From NCBI GenBank assembly GCA_022844165.1, contig JALHMH010000022.1, positions 13,910 through 77,909 on the forward strand: 64,000 bases of DNA. The letters are read 5' to 3'. The notes below the pieces were generated by a model that made no database searches, was not told the origin of the DNA, and saw only the letters and a program-made list of their open reading frames with translations. The position numbers were made by a program, and so were the translations under genes. Shown in pieces: positions 39,662 to 49,563 of the stretch. The DNA comes from Lysobacterales bacterium (lineage in GTDB: Bacteria; Pseudomonadota; Gammaproteobacteria; Xanthomonadales; SZUA-5). Position 1 is the first letter of the stretch, and each line of letters starts with the position of its first letter.

Positions 39662-40603
39662 TCAGCGTCGCCGTGTCGACTGCAAATAGCGATAGAACTC
39701 CGAGTCGGCATCCAGCATCAGCGTGGTATTCGGCCCCATCGCGCTGTAGCTCTCCAGCGTGCGCATGAAGGCGTAGAACTCCGGATCTGCGCCATATGCC
39801 TGGCCGTAGATCTGGGTTGCTTCCGCGTCCGCTTTGCCGCGAATTTCGGCGGCCTGGCGTTCGGCTTCCGAGCGGATTTCGCGCAACTCGCGCTGCATTT
39901 CGCCCAAAATCTCCTGGCTGCGCCCCTGGCCTTCGGAGCGGAAGCGTTCGGCAATCGACTGACGTTCGCTGACCATGCGATTCTCAACCTGAGCGCGCAC
40001 GCTATCGATATAGTTGATGCGCTTGAGGCGCACGTCTACCAGTTCGATGCCCAGCTCTGGCGTCTGTTTGGCCGCTGCGACACGAATCTCCTGCTCCAAC
40101 CGCTCACGACCCTTCTTCGGTTTGTCCAGATCGACCTCGCCAACTGGCACACCTTCTTCGGCGATCACTTTGGCGTCGACGCTCCAATCGGCCGAGCGCA
40201 CGATCTCCTCCAGATCGGTCCCGGAAATGATGTCGCGCACGACGGAGTCGATAATGTCGTCCAGCCGAGTACGCGCACCCTGTTCGTCACGCACCGACTG
40301 CATGAATTTGAGCGGATCGGCGATGCGCCAACGCGCTGTGGCATCAACCAATATGAACTCGCGTCCCAACGTAGGCACCTGGCTGACATCACCGTCCCAC
40401 GGCAGAATGCGCTTATCGAAGCGTCGCACATCCTGTACAAACGGCAACTTGAAATGCAGCCCCGGCTCGGTAATGACGTCACCCACCGGCTCACCAAACT
40501 GCACCTTGATACCCTGCTCAGATTGATCGATGACAAAAGTGGCCGGTCTCAGGGCAACAAACGCGATCAGGGCAATCACGACGATAGCGATCAGACGATT
40601 CAT
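39662..40603 (-). CDS. hflC: Protease modulator HflC
   Basis: N-terminal TM, PGLHFKLPF, DVRLKRI, RMVSER, FYAFMRTLESY. Confidence 0.92.
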   Translation of the reverse strand: MNRLIAIVVIALIAFVALRPATFVIDQSEQGIKVQFGEPVGDVITEPGLHFKLPFVQDVRRFDKRILPWDGDVSQVPTLGREFILVDATARWRIADPLKFMQSVRDEQGARTRLDDIIDSVVRDIISGTDLEEIVRSADWSVDAKVIAEEGVPVGEVDLDKPKKGRERLEQEIRVAAAKQTPELGIELVDVRLKRINYIDSVRAQVENRMVSERQSIAERFRSEGQGRSQEILGEMQRELREIRSEAERQAAEIRGKADAEATQIYGQAYGADPEFYAFMRTLESYSAMGPNTTLMLDADSEFYRYLQSTRRR

Positions 40604-41607
40604 TGCGCGGCTCCTTGTGCTTGAGCGGGACGCCGTAAGTCAACGATAGGCAACGGCGAGGTTGCGCCATCCTTGACCACATACACCGCCCCAACATTGG
40701 GCAACACCTGGTACAGCGTTTCCAGATACATGCGGGTCCGTGTCACATCGGGCGCGCTGCGGTATTCGGCGAGGATCGCATTGAATCGCGCCGTCTCGCC
40801 ACGCGCATAGTTGACACGTTCGGCGGCATAACCCTGCGCCTCGGAGAGCACGCGGTTGGCTTCGCCTCTGGCTTTCGGGATTTCCTGGTTCGCCTGTTTG
40901 GTCGCCTCGTTGATCATGCGTTCGCGTTCCTGGCGGGCTTCATTGACTTCGTTGAACGCAGGTTGCACCGCCGCAGGCGGCACGACGTCCTGCAATTCCA
41001 CGGTGACCACATGGATACCGTTGTCGTACGACTCCATGGCTGCCTGGATTTCTTCGCGCGCCAGCGCCGAAATCGCGACGCGCGCCGTGGTCAGCACTTC
41101 GCTGCCGAGCCGGTTGCCGACGACTCGCCGCATCACGGATTCGGAGATATCGCGCAACGTGCGCTCGGCGTCGCGCTGCTGGTAGAGAAACTTCATCGGA
41201 TCGGCAATTCGGTACTGCACCACCCACTCGACATCAATGATGTTGAGATCGCCAGAGAGCATCAGCGACTCGTCTGGAAAGTCCTCCATCGAGTACTCGG
41301 TGCGCTCGCCATCCGAGCCCGCCGAGCGAAAGCCAAACTCCTGCTTCATCACGCGCTCAGTGGCAACTTTTTGTACGGTATCGACACCGAACGGCAACTT
41401 GAAGTGCAGCCCTGGATCGTTGATCGAAACCACTTTACCGAAGCGTTTGACCACAGCGCGCTCTTCGGGCTGGACCGTGTAATAACTCGACATCACACCC
41501 CAGGCGATCACGCCCAGAACGATGATCGCCATCACAGGCAGGGCGCTCTTGGCAGCATTTTTCGCGGCGTTCTTGGCGTTGGGTCCAGACATCGTATTCG
41601 TCCCCAT
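40600..41607 (-). CDS. hflK: FtsH protease modulator HflK
   Basis: MLSGDLNIIDV, VQPAFNEV, IPKARGEA, APDVTRTRMYLET. Confidence 0.92.
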   Translation of the reverse strand: MGTNTMSGPNAKNAAKNAAKSALPVMAIIVLGVIAWGVMSSYYTVQPEERAVVKRFGKVVSINDPGLHFKLPFGVDTVQKVATERVMKQEFGFRSAGSDGERTEYSMEDFPDESLMLSGDLNIIDVEWVVQYRIADPMKFLYQQRDAERTLRDISESVMRRVVGNRLGSEVLTTARVAISALAREEIQAAMESYDNGIHVVTVELQDVVPPAAVQPAFNEVNEARQERERMINEATKQANQEIPKARGEANRVLSEAQGYAAERVNYARGETARFNAILAEYRSAPDVTRTRMYLETLYQVLPNVGAVYVVKDGATSPLPIVDLRRPAQAQGAAQ

Positions 41608-41668
41608 TGGAAGTCAGGTGTTAATCATGGCACGCCGTGGCGCGCTTAGCATCGACTGAAGGCCACAC

Positions 41669-42046
41669 TCACCTTCGAACCAAACCAAAAGCCAGCGTCG
41701 CCGCCGCAATCGACAACACTACGCTGGCAATGACATAAAACATCGCCCATTTCACCTGCCCGGCCCGCCACAGCGAGAACGCCTCAAGCGAAAAACTCGA
41801 AAACGTGGTCAATCCGCCGAGGAACCCGATCATCACCAGGGCGTGCAGGCCAGCCACATCGCCGCGTCCTATGGTGCGCGCCAACAGCGCACCCGCAAGT
41901 CCGCAGCCCACCACATTGACCATCAACGTTGCCAACGGGGCCGGCCCGCCCGCCAGGCGCACGACCAGTTGCGCGACCCAAAAGCGGGTCACGGCGCCAG
42001 CGGCGCCACCCAGTGCGACGAGCAGAGATTGCGAGAGCAGATTCAT
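41669..42046 (-). CDS. crcB: Fluoride efflux channel FluC/CrcB
   Basis: GGAAGAVTR, TLMVNVVG, GFLGGLTTFSSF. Confidence 0.93.
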   Translation of the reverse strand: MNLLSQSLLVALGGAAGAVTRFWVAQLVVRLAGGPAPLATLMVNVVGCGLAGALLARTIGRGDVAGLHALVMIGFLGGLTTFSSFSLEAFSLWRAGQVKWAMFYVIASVVLSIAAATLAFGLVRR

Positions 42047-42083
42047 GGCTGGCAGGTCATTTGAGTTCCTCAACGAACGATGG

Positions 42084-43373
42084 TCAACGCTTTGCGGCGG
42101 CGCGGCGTTCGCGGATCCACACCAGCCGATCGCGAATCTTCGCTTCCAGGCCACGATCCGTGGGGGTGTAGAGCTCGCGCTCGCCAAGGCTCTCGGGAAA
42201 GCCGCGCTGCTCATAAGCGACGCCATCTTCGTGTTCGTGATCGTATTGATAACCTTTGCCGTAGCCCAGTCCCTTCATCAGTTTGGTCGGTGCATTGCGC
42301 AGTTCGAGCGGCACCTCATCGCTGCCGCTTTGCTGCACCAACGCGACGGCGTTCTTGTAGGCGCGATAGCAGGCGTTGCTCTTAGGCGCCACGGCCAGAT
42401 AGATGACTAACTGCGCAAGTGCGACCTCGCCTTCGGGCGATCCTAAGCGCTCATAGCTTTGCCATGCGTCCAGCGCCAGCGCCAAGGCGCGCGGATCGGC
42501 ATTGCCGATGTCCTCGGAAGCAAAACGCGTCAGGCGCCGCGCCAGGTAGTTCGGATCGGTGCCGCCATCCAGCATGCGGCAGAACCAATACAAGGCGGCA
42601 TCGGGATTGGAGCTACGCAGCGTCTTGTGTAACGCTGAAATCTGGTCGTAAAACGCCTCGCCGCCTTTATCGAAACGGCGACGCTTGTCGCCAGCCGCAG
42701 CGAGCACGTGCGCTTCGGTCAACGCATCGCCGGTGGCCATACTGTCGGCGATCACTTCGAGCAAGGTCAAAGCCCGCCGCACATCGCCATCGGCAAACTC
42801 TGCGATGGTTGCCAGTGCCTCGGACTCGGCGCGCAAGTCCAAGTGGGCCAAACCGCGAGAATCGCTCAGCGCCCGCCGCAACGCAGCCACAATGTCCTCC
42901 ACAGTGAGCGGCTTCAGCACATGCACTCGGCAGCGCGACAACAGCGCTCCGACCACCTCGAACGACGGATTCTCGGTGGTCGCACCAATGAGCGTGATCA
43001 TGCCGCTCTCGACGTGCGGCAAAAATGCGTCCTGCTGCGCTTTGTTAAAGCGATGCACCTCATCGACGAACAGCACGGTGCGACCACCCAGATCACGACG
43101 CGCCTGCGCTTCGGCAACTGCGCGGCGCACATCGGCGACGCCCGCAAGCACTGCCGAAATCTGCAAAAACGCGGCACTGGTGGACTGCGCGCAAAGCCTT
43201 GCCAAAGTGGTTTTGCCGCACCCGGGCGGTCCCCACAGGATCATCGAATGCAGATGTCCCTGCTCGATGGCGCGGCGTAGCGGCCTGGCCGTCGCCAGAA
43301 GGTGCGCCTGCCCGACCACTTCATCCAGCGAGGCCGGGCGCATGCGCTCGGCCAGCGGGCGGCTGTCGTTCAT
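42084..43373 (-). CDS. rarA: Replication-associated recombination protein A
   Basis: [47 protein letters not shown]. Confidence 0.96.
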   Translation of the reverse strand: MNDSRPLAERMRPASLDEVVGQAHLLATARPLRRAIEQGHLHSMILWGPPGCGKTTLARLCAQSTSAAFLQISAVLAGVADVRRAVAEAQARRDLGGRTVLFVDEVHRFNKAQQDAFLPHVESGMITLIGATTENPSFEVVGALLSRCRVHVLKPLTVEDIVAALRRALSDSRGLAHLDLRAESEALATIAEFADGDVRRALTLLEVIADSMATGDALTEAHVLAAAGDKRRRFDKGGEAFYDQISALHKTLRSSNPDAALYWFCRMLDGGTDPNYLARRLTRFASEDIGNADPRALALALDAWQSYERLGSPEGEVALAQLVIYLAVAPKSNACYRAYKNAVALVQQSGSDEVPLELRNAPTKLMKGLGYGKGYQYDHEHEDGVAYEQRGFPESLGERELYTPTDRGLEAKIRDRLVWIRERRAAAKR

Positions 43374-43419
43374 CGCACTCACTGGTAGAATCCCGGCCCC
43401 GTTTTCCATTGGCACTGTC

Positions 43420-44754
43420 ATGTCGGGCAAACTCTTCATCAAAACGCACGGCTGTCAGATGAACGAGTATGACTCGGCGAAGATCGTCGATGTGCTTGCA
43501 GCCAACGAAGGCCTGACACTGACCGAAAACGAGTCTGAGGCGGACGTGATTCTGGTCAACACCTGCGCGATTCGTGAGAAAGCGCAAGAGAAGGTGTTCA
43601 GCCAGCTCGGGCGCTGGAGGCAGCTCAAAGTGGACAAACCGAACCTGGTGATCGGCGTTGGCGGTTGCGTCGCCAGCCAGGAGGGCGAAGCCATCGTCAA
43701 GCGCGCGCCCTATGTGGATCTGGTCTTTGGCCCACAGACCTTGCATCGACTGCCCGCGATGCTCAAACAGTTGCGCGAAGAGCGTCGCCCACAGGTCGAC
43801 ATCTCGTTTCCGGAAATCGAAAAGTTCGATCGTTTACCGGAACCACGCGCGATCGGTCCGACGGCCTTCGTCTCGATCATGGAAGGCTGTAGCAAATACT
43901 GCTCGTTTTGCGTTGTGCCCTACACGCGTGGCGAAGAGGTCAGCCGACCGTTCGATGATGTGATTGCCGAAGTCGCATCGCTGGCCGATCAGGGCGTGCG
44001 CGAAGTCAATCTGCTCGGCCAGAACGTCAATGCGTATCGCGGCGCAATGCACGACGGCACGGTCTGCGATCTGGGCTTGCTGATCCAGTACATTGCACAG
44101 CTCGATGGCATCGGCCGCATTCGCTTCACCACTTCGCACCCGGTGGAGTTCAACGACAGCCTGATTGCCGCCTACGCGCAGTGCGACAAGCTTGCGAACT
44201 ATCTGCATCTCCCCGTTCAAGCGGGTTCTGATCGCATCCTGGCGGCGATGAAACGTGGCCACACCACGATCGAATACAAACAGAAGATCCGCAAATTGCG
44301 TGCCGTCCGACCGGACATCTCGATCTCGACCGATATCATCGTAGGCTTTCCCGGCGAGACCGAGGCCGATTTCGAGGCGACGATGAAGCTGGTCGAGGAC
44401 ATCCACTTCGATCAGAGCTTCTCGTTTATCTACAGCCGCCGCCCCGGCACGCCGGCCGCCAATTTGCCTGACGAAACACCCGAGCAGGTCAAAAAAGAAC
44501 GCTTGTACCGTCTGCAGGCGCGCATCAACGAATTTGCACGCGAGATCAGTCGGAACATGATCGGCACCACGCAACGCGTGCTGGTCGAAGGCATTAGCCG
44601 CAAGAACCCAGGCGAACTGACGGGCCGCACCGAGAACATGCGCTACGTCAACTTCCCCGCGCCCGCGCGTCTGATCGGCCAGTTCGTCGACATCGAAATC
44701 ACCGCAGCGATGGCCAATAGCCTGCGTGGAGAAGTGGCCGCAGCGATGGCCTAG
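43420..44754 (+). CDS. miaB: tRNA-2-methylthio-N6-dimethylallyladenosine synthase
   Basis: [24 protein letters not shown] radical-SAM motif, C-terminal TRAM domain. Confidence 0.97.
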   Translation: MSGKLFIKTHGCQMNEYDSAKIVDVLAANEGLTLTENESEADVILVNTCAIREKAQEKVFSQLGRWRQLKVDKPNLVIGVGGCVASQEGEAIVKRAPYVDLVFGPQTLHRLPAMLKQLREERRPQVDISFPEIEKFDRLPEPRAIGPTAFVSIMEGCSKYCSFCVVPYTRGEEVSRPFDDVIAEVASLADQGVREVNLLGQNVNAYRGAMHDGTVCDLGLLIQYIAQLDGIGRIRFTTSHPVEFNDSLIAAYAQCDKLANYLHLPVQAGSDRILAAMKRGHTTIEYKQKIRKLRAVRPDISISTDIIVGFPGETEADFEATMKLVEDIHFDQSFSFIYSRRPGTPAANLPDETPEQVKKERLYRLQARINEFAREISRNMIGTTQRVLVEGISRKNPGELTGRTENMRYVNFPAPARLIGQFVDIEITAAMANSLRGEVAAAMA

Positions 44755-44851
44755 CGTGGTCAGCATGTTGCAGGCTTGATCGCTCTGCGTGCGGGGCGTC
44801 CCTTGCGCAGCCAAATCGGCGCCACATCTTAGCTGTACCAGGACCCACCCA

Positions 44852-45808
44852 ATGCCCATTTCCCAAACCCTGACTCTGTCTCCTGAGAACAACGAACAGC
44901 TTGCAAACTTCTGCGGGCCTTTCGATGAGCATGTGCGCGAAATCGAACGACGCGTCGGCGTTGAGATCGCCAATCGTGGTTACGTATTTCAGATCACAGG
45001 CGACGACGCGCCGGTGCGTGTGGCGTTGCGTTTGCTTCAAGCGCTCTACGAACAAGCGGGCGAAGCCATACTGACACGCGAAGCCGTGTTCATGGCGATC
45101 AAAGACCACGACGCCGAAAGTGCCAGCCTCGCTGCTGCAGAACGAGCGCATGAAGTGGTGATCCGCACCAAACGCGGCGTGGTGCGCGGGCGTGGCGCCA
45201 ATCAGGTGCGCTACCTGCACTCGATCGCGACGCACGACATCAACTTCGGCATTGGACCCGCTGGCACCGGCAAGACCTATCTGGCCGTCGCCAGCGCGGT
45301 CGAAGCACTCGATCACAACAAGGTGCAACGCTTGCTACTGGTGCGCCCGGCGGTAGAAGCCGGCGAAAAACTCGGCTTTCTCCCCGGTGATTTGACGCAA
45401 AAGGTCGATCCCTACCTGCGCCCGCTGTACGACGCGCTTTACGAGATGATGGGCGTAGAAAAAGTCACGCGCTTGCTGGAACGCAACGTCATCGAAATCG
45501 CGCCGCTCGCGTTCATGCGAGGTCGCACCCTGAACGATGCGTACGTCATCCTTGATGAAGCGCAGAACACCACCATCGAGCAGATGAAGATGTTCCTGAC
45601 GCGCCTGGGCTTTGGTTCCACGGCGATCATCACTGGCGACGTCACGCAGATCGATTTGCCGCGTAAGGACCTAAGTGGCCTTCGCCACGCAATTGAAGTG
45701 CTGAAAGACGTCGAAGGCATCAGCTTCACGTTTTTCCAGAGCCAGGACATCGTCCGCCATCCGCTGGTGGCGCGCATCGTGCGGGCCTATGAGCGCCATG
45801 AAGGCTGA
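44852..45808 (+). CDS. ybeZ: PhoH-family ATPase (YbeZ)
   Basis: [31 protein letters not shown]; miaB-ybeZ-ybeY order. Confidence 0.94.
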   Translation: MPISQTLTLSPENNEQLANFCGPFDEHVREIERRVGVEIANRGYVFQITGDDAPVRVALRLLQALYEQAGEAILTREAVFMAIKDHDAESASLAAAERAHEVVIRTKRGVVRGRGANQVRYLHSIATHDINFGIGPAGTGKTYLAVASAVEALDHNKVQRLLLVRPAVEAGEKLGFLPGDLTQKVDPYLRPLYDALYEMMGVEKVTRLLERNVIEIAPLAFMRGRTLNDAYVILDEAQNTTIEQMKMFLTRLGFGSTAIITGDVTQIDLPRKDLSGLRHAIEVLKDVEGISFTFFQSQDIVRHPLVARIVRAYERHEG

Positions 45809-46280
45809 GTCAAGAGCGACGGCAACCGCCAACACAACCAAAGACGCTATTGCGATCGACCTTCACCTGAGCCTCGGCCTCCGCCGCGGTGTTCCATCGC
45901 GAGCCCGTTTCTTGAAATGGATCGAAGCCGCCCTGCGCGTTGCGAAACGACGCTCGGCGCAACTCAACATCCGCGTGATGGATAGCAACGAAGCCCGCTT
46001 GCTCAACCGAGAATTTCGCGGCCGCGACTACGCGACCAACGTGCTGTCGTTTCCAGCGGACGCGTCGTTTTTGGGCGATATCGCCATCTGCAGCGAAGTT
46101 GTGATCGGCGAAGCAAAGGAGCAAGGCAAAACTGCCCACGATCACTTTGCGCATCTCACGATCCATGGTGTGTTGCACCTGCTCGGCCATGACCACGAGC
46201 GCGATGCAGATGCGCAAGTCATGGAAGCTCTGGAAAGAAAGGCACTGGCGCGCCTCGGCATCCCGGACCCGTACCTCTGA
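45798..46280 (+). CDS. ybeY: rRNA maturation RNase YbeY
   Basis: TNVLSF, HGVLHLLGHDH. Confidence 0.95.
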   Translation: MKAESRATATANTTKDAIAIDLHLSLGLRRGVPSRARFLKWIEAALRVAKRRSAQLNIRVMDSNEARLLNREFRGRDYATNVLSFPADASFLGDIAICSEVVIGEAKEQGKTAHDHFAHLTIHGVLHLLGHDHERDADAQVMEALERKALARLGIPDPYL

Positions 46281-46324
46281 GCGTCGGCCAGATCCATCTT
46301 GGCCTCAGACGTACCTTCTATTGG

Positions 46325-46350
46325 GGCTTCGCCTCAGACGGCCGAGGCAT
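46325..46350 (-). repeat. Short remnant of the repeat family R right end
   Basis: GGCTTCGCCTCAGACGGCCGAG matches 63460-63482. Confidence 0.5.
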
Positions 46351-47141
46351 CAATTGCGATAGCCATAGAAGTTCTTCAACATCGCCTCCGAGCCACGGTA
46401 TTCGGCAGAGGTGGCTTCGACAAATTGCGGTGTGCCGAGCTCGTTGAGAACTTCGTAAAGCGACTCGTCTTCATGTAGGACCAACATCGCGTCTTTGAGT
46501 TTGGTCTTGACTTCCGCAGGCACATCGGGATGCGCCGAAATTGCCGCGCCCGGAAACTCGCGGGTGGTGATGACCGGGATCAAGTTTGGATATTGATCTT
46601 TGAGCCAGGACGGCACCATCGCGGCATCGGCTTCACCGGCAAACACAATCTCGACGGTATCGCGCCAGGACGCGGCCAACGACCGTACATCCGGCTGTTG
46701 CATCGGATTGGGGAAATATTCGAGCAACAACGCGAATCCCAGGTTCGGAGCCGGCATCGTCACCAGACTGCGCGCTACCAGCGCTTGCGTATCTCCCTCG
46801 GCGATGTTCTCCTGGGTGAGTAACGAATAACTGGACGCAACCGCGGATTTCACCAACGGTTCGTATTTCGAGCGTTGGATTCGGAAGTCTGTGAAGTGGG
46901 CTTCGTCGAACACAAAGTGCAGGTCCGTGCGTTTTCGCAGGTCGTTCCAATAAAGCGCGTAATTGCGCGCAACGACCAGCTTGAACGTGTGACCCGTACT
47001 CTTGTTCAAATAGGCGATCAGCGGCTCATAAACCTCCTTCGCGCGTTCTGGCGCATATGTCGGCTCGACCGCAAAGTTGAACTCGGCGCCGAATACCGCC
47101 GAGCTGAATGTGAATGCCACCACCGCCAACGTCTTTTGCAT
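46350..47141 (-). CDS. Periplasmic substrate-binding protein, PhnD/phosphate-phosphonate-like fold
   Basis: Signal peptide; FAVEP..YEPLIAYLNKSTG; VFAGEADAA; HPDVP..KLKDAML. No ABC partner adjacent. Confidence 0.72.
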   Translation of the reverse strand: MQKTLAVVAFTFSSAVFGAEFNFAVEPTYAPERAKEVYEPLIAYLNKSTGHTFKLVVARNYALYWNDLRKRTDLHFVFDEAHFTDFRIQRSKYEPLVKSAVASSYSLLTQENIAEGDTQALVARSLVTMPAPNLGFALLLEYFPNPMQQPDVRSLAASWRDTVEIVFAGEADAAMVPSWLKDQYPNLIPVITTREFPGAAISAHPDVPAEVKTKLKDAMLVLHEDESLYEVLNELGTPQFVEATSAEYRGSEAMLKNFYGYRN

Positions 47142-47254
47142 GTGCTGACCCCCCTCTCTGGGCACGCGATACGGTCATACCACTTCTGCAAGCGAAAGGC
47201 TATGCGGCAAAGGCTTAAAGGTTGCAGAACTTAGTCAACATTGCCGACCGGCCA

Positions 47255-48718
47255 TCACGACGCGTCAATTCTGACAAAACCTTTCGTCAGATTTTCTGCC
47301 AGAAGCTGTTCCGCAATCGCCGCAGCGCGAACATCATTGGTCGCGATATCGGTCGTGATCTTCAGGGGCTCAGCCCGCTTGGCCGAATAGTCGGTCCAGT
47401 AGATCAAGTAGGGAAACGGTACGTCGCCACCTTTGCGGACAACCACCAGCTTGCGCAACATTTCGCCTTTGGCATAAAGCTCGCGGCGCACGATCTGTGT
47501 GTTTGCGCTGGCCTCGGCCGGTGTCGGCGGTTCGGCGCGATCGAGAATCTGCTCAATACGCGCGCCGCCGCTTTTCCATTCTTTGTCGTCGCGGAGTTTT
47601 TCGAATCGCGCGAACGACAGTCGCGGGCAGGGCGTCAAACCCAAAAATCGATAGCTGCCCTGATTCTCGTCCCAGGCGATCAGCTGCGTGCGCTGCTCGC
47701 GCCCACCTTCGGCCGCAATCAGATCTTCGCCGTGGATTTCGGCGATCAGCTTCGGTCGGACGAATTGTACGGCCCGGCCGGACGAGTCGGTCATGGCCAG
47801 CGGCGCATCTACCTTCAGCGGCCGCAGTTTGTCGAGCAAGGCGATGCGTTCTGCGTCGGTCAAACCCGAGCCCACGCGCACAAAGGTCTGCACCAGCGCT
47901 TCGACCTCCGCACCGGGATACAGGAGCCCGGTCAGCATTGAGGTAACGCCATACTGGCCCTCGAACTCGCCCTCGACAAAGCCCATGACCAGCGCATCGA
48001 CACTGCGATGCGGTTTGATTTTGAAGATCTCGGCGCGTGTCAACCGGCGAACGACAACGCCTTCGCCACCGGTATCCACGGCATGCGCAAACGCCGCAGC
48101 CACACCGGTTTCGGGAACGACCTCCGCTGCTTGCGCGTGCACCGGCGCTGCACCATCCGTGCCGAATACCGATCGCAGTTTGTCAAGCGTTGTCTTGAAA
48201 TCCGCCTGCTGCGCGCGCAGGTCTTTGCCATCGAGCATCACAATATCCAGCAGCGCGAGTTTGAGGCGTGCGATGTCCTCGTCGTTGCTGCCGAAACTGA
48301 TGCGAATCACTTCGCTGACGCCGGAGCGGCGTGTGCTGTCGCCGCTTCGAGTCGTGTCCAAATACAGCTCGCAACGCAGTAGCGTGCGTTGAACACCAGC
48401 GGACTGAAGCTTCTGGGCGAGCGCATCCAGCGCAGGGAACCCTAAACGCACACGCCCGCCGGGGGCCGAAAAAGCGAAGGGCTCCTGGCCATGCTGGTAA
48501 TAAACGAACACGCCTTCGCCATCGTATTTGTGCGCCACCACCACCGGATCGCTGCCAGCAAAGCGTATCGGCAACTCTGCTGGCGACAGCGCCTGAATCT
48601 TGCGCATCACCTGATTCTCGAAATCGGTAGCGACAGCCATCAGCACATGGTCGCCGACGGCCCCGCCCGTGGCGATGCCATAGCGGCCACGCATGCTCAA
48701 CTTGCTGCGATCGATCAT
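47255..48718 (-). CDS. ATP-dependent DNA ligase-like protein with OB fold and WGR-like C-terminal domain
   Basis: Motif I HKYDGE, III CELY, IIIa LLDIV, IV EGVVVR, V FKIKP..VDALVMG; OB-fold RVGSGL and VRPKLIAEI. Confidence 0.85.
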   Translation of the reverse strand: MIDRSKLSMRGRYGIATGGAVGDHVLMAVATDFENQVMRKIQALSPAELPIRFAGSDPVVVAHKYDGEGVFVYYQHGQEPFAFSAPGGRVRLGFPALDALAQKLQSAGVQRTLLRCELYLDTTRSGDSTRRSGVSEVIRISFGSNDEDIARLKLALLDIVMLDGKDLRAQQADFKTTLDKLRSVFGTDGAAPVHAQAAEVVPETGVAAAFAHAVDTGGEGVVVRRLTRAEIFKIKPHRSVDALVMGFVEGEFEGQYGVTSMLTGLLYPGAEVEALVQTFVRVGSGLTDAERIALLDKLRPLKVDAPLAMTDSSGRAVQFVRPKLIAEIHGEDLIAAEGGREQRTQLIAWDENQGSYRFLGLTPCPRLSFARFEKLRDDKEWKSGGARIEQILDRAEPPTPAEASANTQIVRRELYAKGEMLRKLVVVRKGGDVPFPYLIYWTDYSAKRAEPLKITTDIATNDVRAAAIAEQLLAENLTKGFVRIDAS

Positions 48719-48765
48719 GTCTTGATTCCTGGTTCTTGTCTCAGACCATAGTCGCAATCTGTGGT

Positions 48766-49473
48766 CTATTCGATTTCCGCGGTGCTTCGCTCTGGCAGCT
48801 TCAATTCCTGATCCGACAGCAGCAGTAACAGCCGATAGCGTCCTTCGTGGTCGACCTCGCCGTGCAGAAATGCGCGATAGGCGGTCCCAGCCTCGCGAAT
48901 GACGAGCGGCTGATTGCCCTTCGGTCCGGCCCCGAGCACCGCTACTTCACTCTTCTGCGCCAGGTCACGCGCCAGTGTTTGAAGAAATTCGTGCGTCAGT
49001 CCATCAACGTGCGCCAACTGCAGCGTTTGTTTGAACGCAAACTGCGTTAGCGCTTCGACGGCCGGCAGACGCTTGCCGAGTTTGACCGGATGCAGCTCGT
49101 TCAAATTCGAATGTCGAACGAGATGAGGCCTCCTGACCTTTTCCTGATCGGACGCATCGTAGACGATATCGACGTCAGCGAAATCGCCGATCGGTTTGGG
49201 CGCCGGATCCGCTGGATCAAACCATGCGGGCGTCACGCTATCGGCATCGATCGGCGTGCCCGCGAGCGCCAAATCCAGCTCCGGATCCCCAGCCACAAGC
49301 GCGGCAAAGTCAACCGCCGCGTTCTTGCGCGCACCGGTCACAAGGCGCGAAGTCGACACCTCTCCTGCGCTGGTGAAATTGCGGGCCAGCACTTTGGGCT
49401 TTTCCGGCGGCAACCCGTGCAGATCAACGCGCGCGCTCTTGCCTTGGTATTCGAGGTGCAGAGTAATAGGCAT
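48766..49473 (-). CDS. Hypothetical protein, putative divergent Ku-like (Ku-B)
   Basis: By-eye correspondence to the bacterial Ku core (GTPIDADSVTPAW; FKQTLQL..FLQTLARDLAQKSEVAV; LVIR..RAFL..LLLLLSDQELKLP); immediately upstream of the ligase. Confidence 0.55.
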   Translation of the reverse strand: MPITLHLEYQGKSARVDLHGLPPEKPKVLARNFTSAGEVSTSRLVTGARKNAAVDFAALVAGDPELDLALAGTPIDADSVTPAWFDPADPAPKPIGDFADVDIVYDASDQEKVRRPHLVRHSNLNELHPVKLGKRLPAVEALTQFAFKQTLQLAHVDGLTHEFLQTLARDLAQKSEVAVLGAGPKGNQPLVIREAGTAYRAFLHGEVDHEGRYRLLLLLSDQELKLPERSTAEIE

Positions 49474-49563
49474 AAATGTGGGTCCGTTTGGTACCTTTGA
49501 CTGACGATCGGGAACGTCAGACGCCGGTCTTGAAGTCATCGCTACGAGCGCAAAATCAGGCCG

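Noticed and set aside
42685-43419. 245-aa N-terminal extension of MiaB in the ORF track
   Set aside because: It is the antisense shadow of rarA; the MiaB start is ATG 43420.
44755-44851. Pho box upstream of the phoH-family gene
   Set aside because: No CTGTCA-type direct repeat; the gene is the housekeeping ybeZ type.
47255-48718. Calling the ligase LigD or a prophage gene
   Set aside because: No primase-polymerase or phosphoesterase domain, and no phage genes, integrase or att sites nearby.
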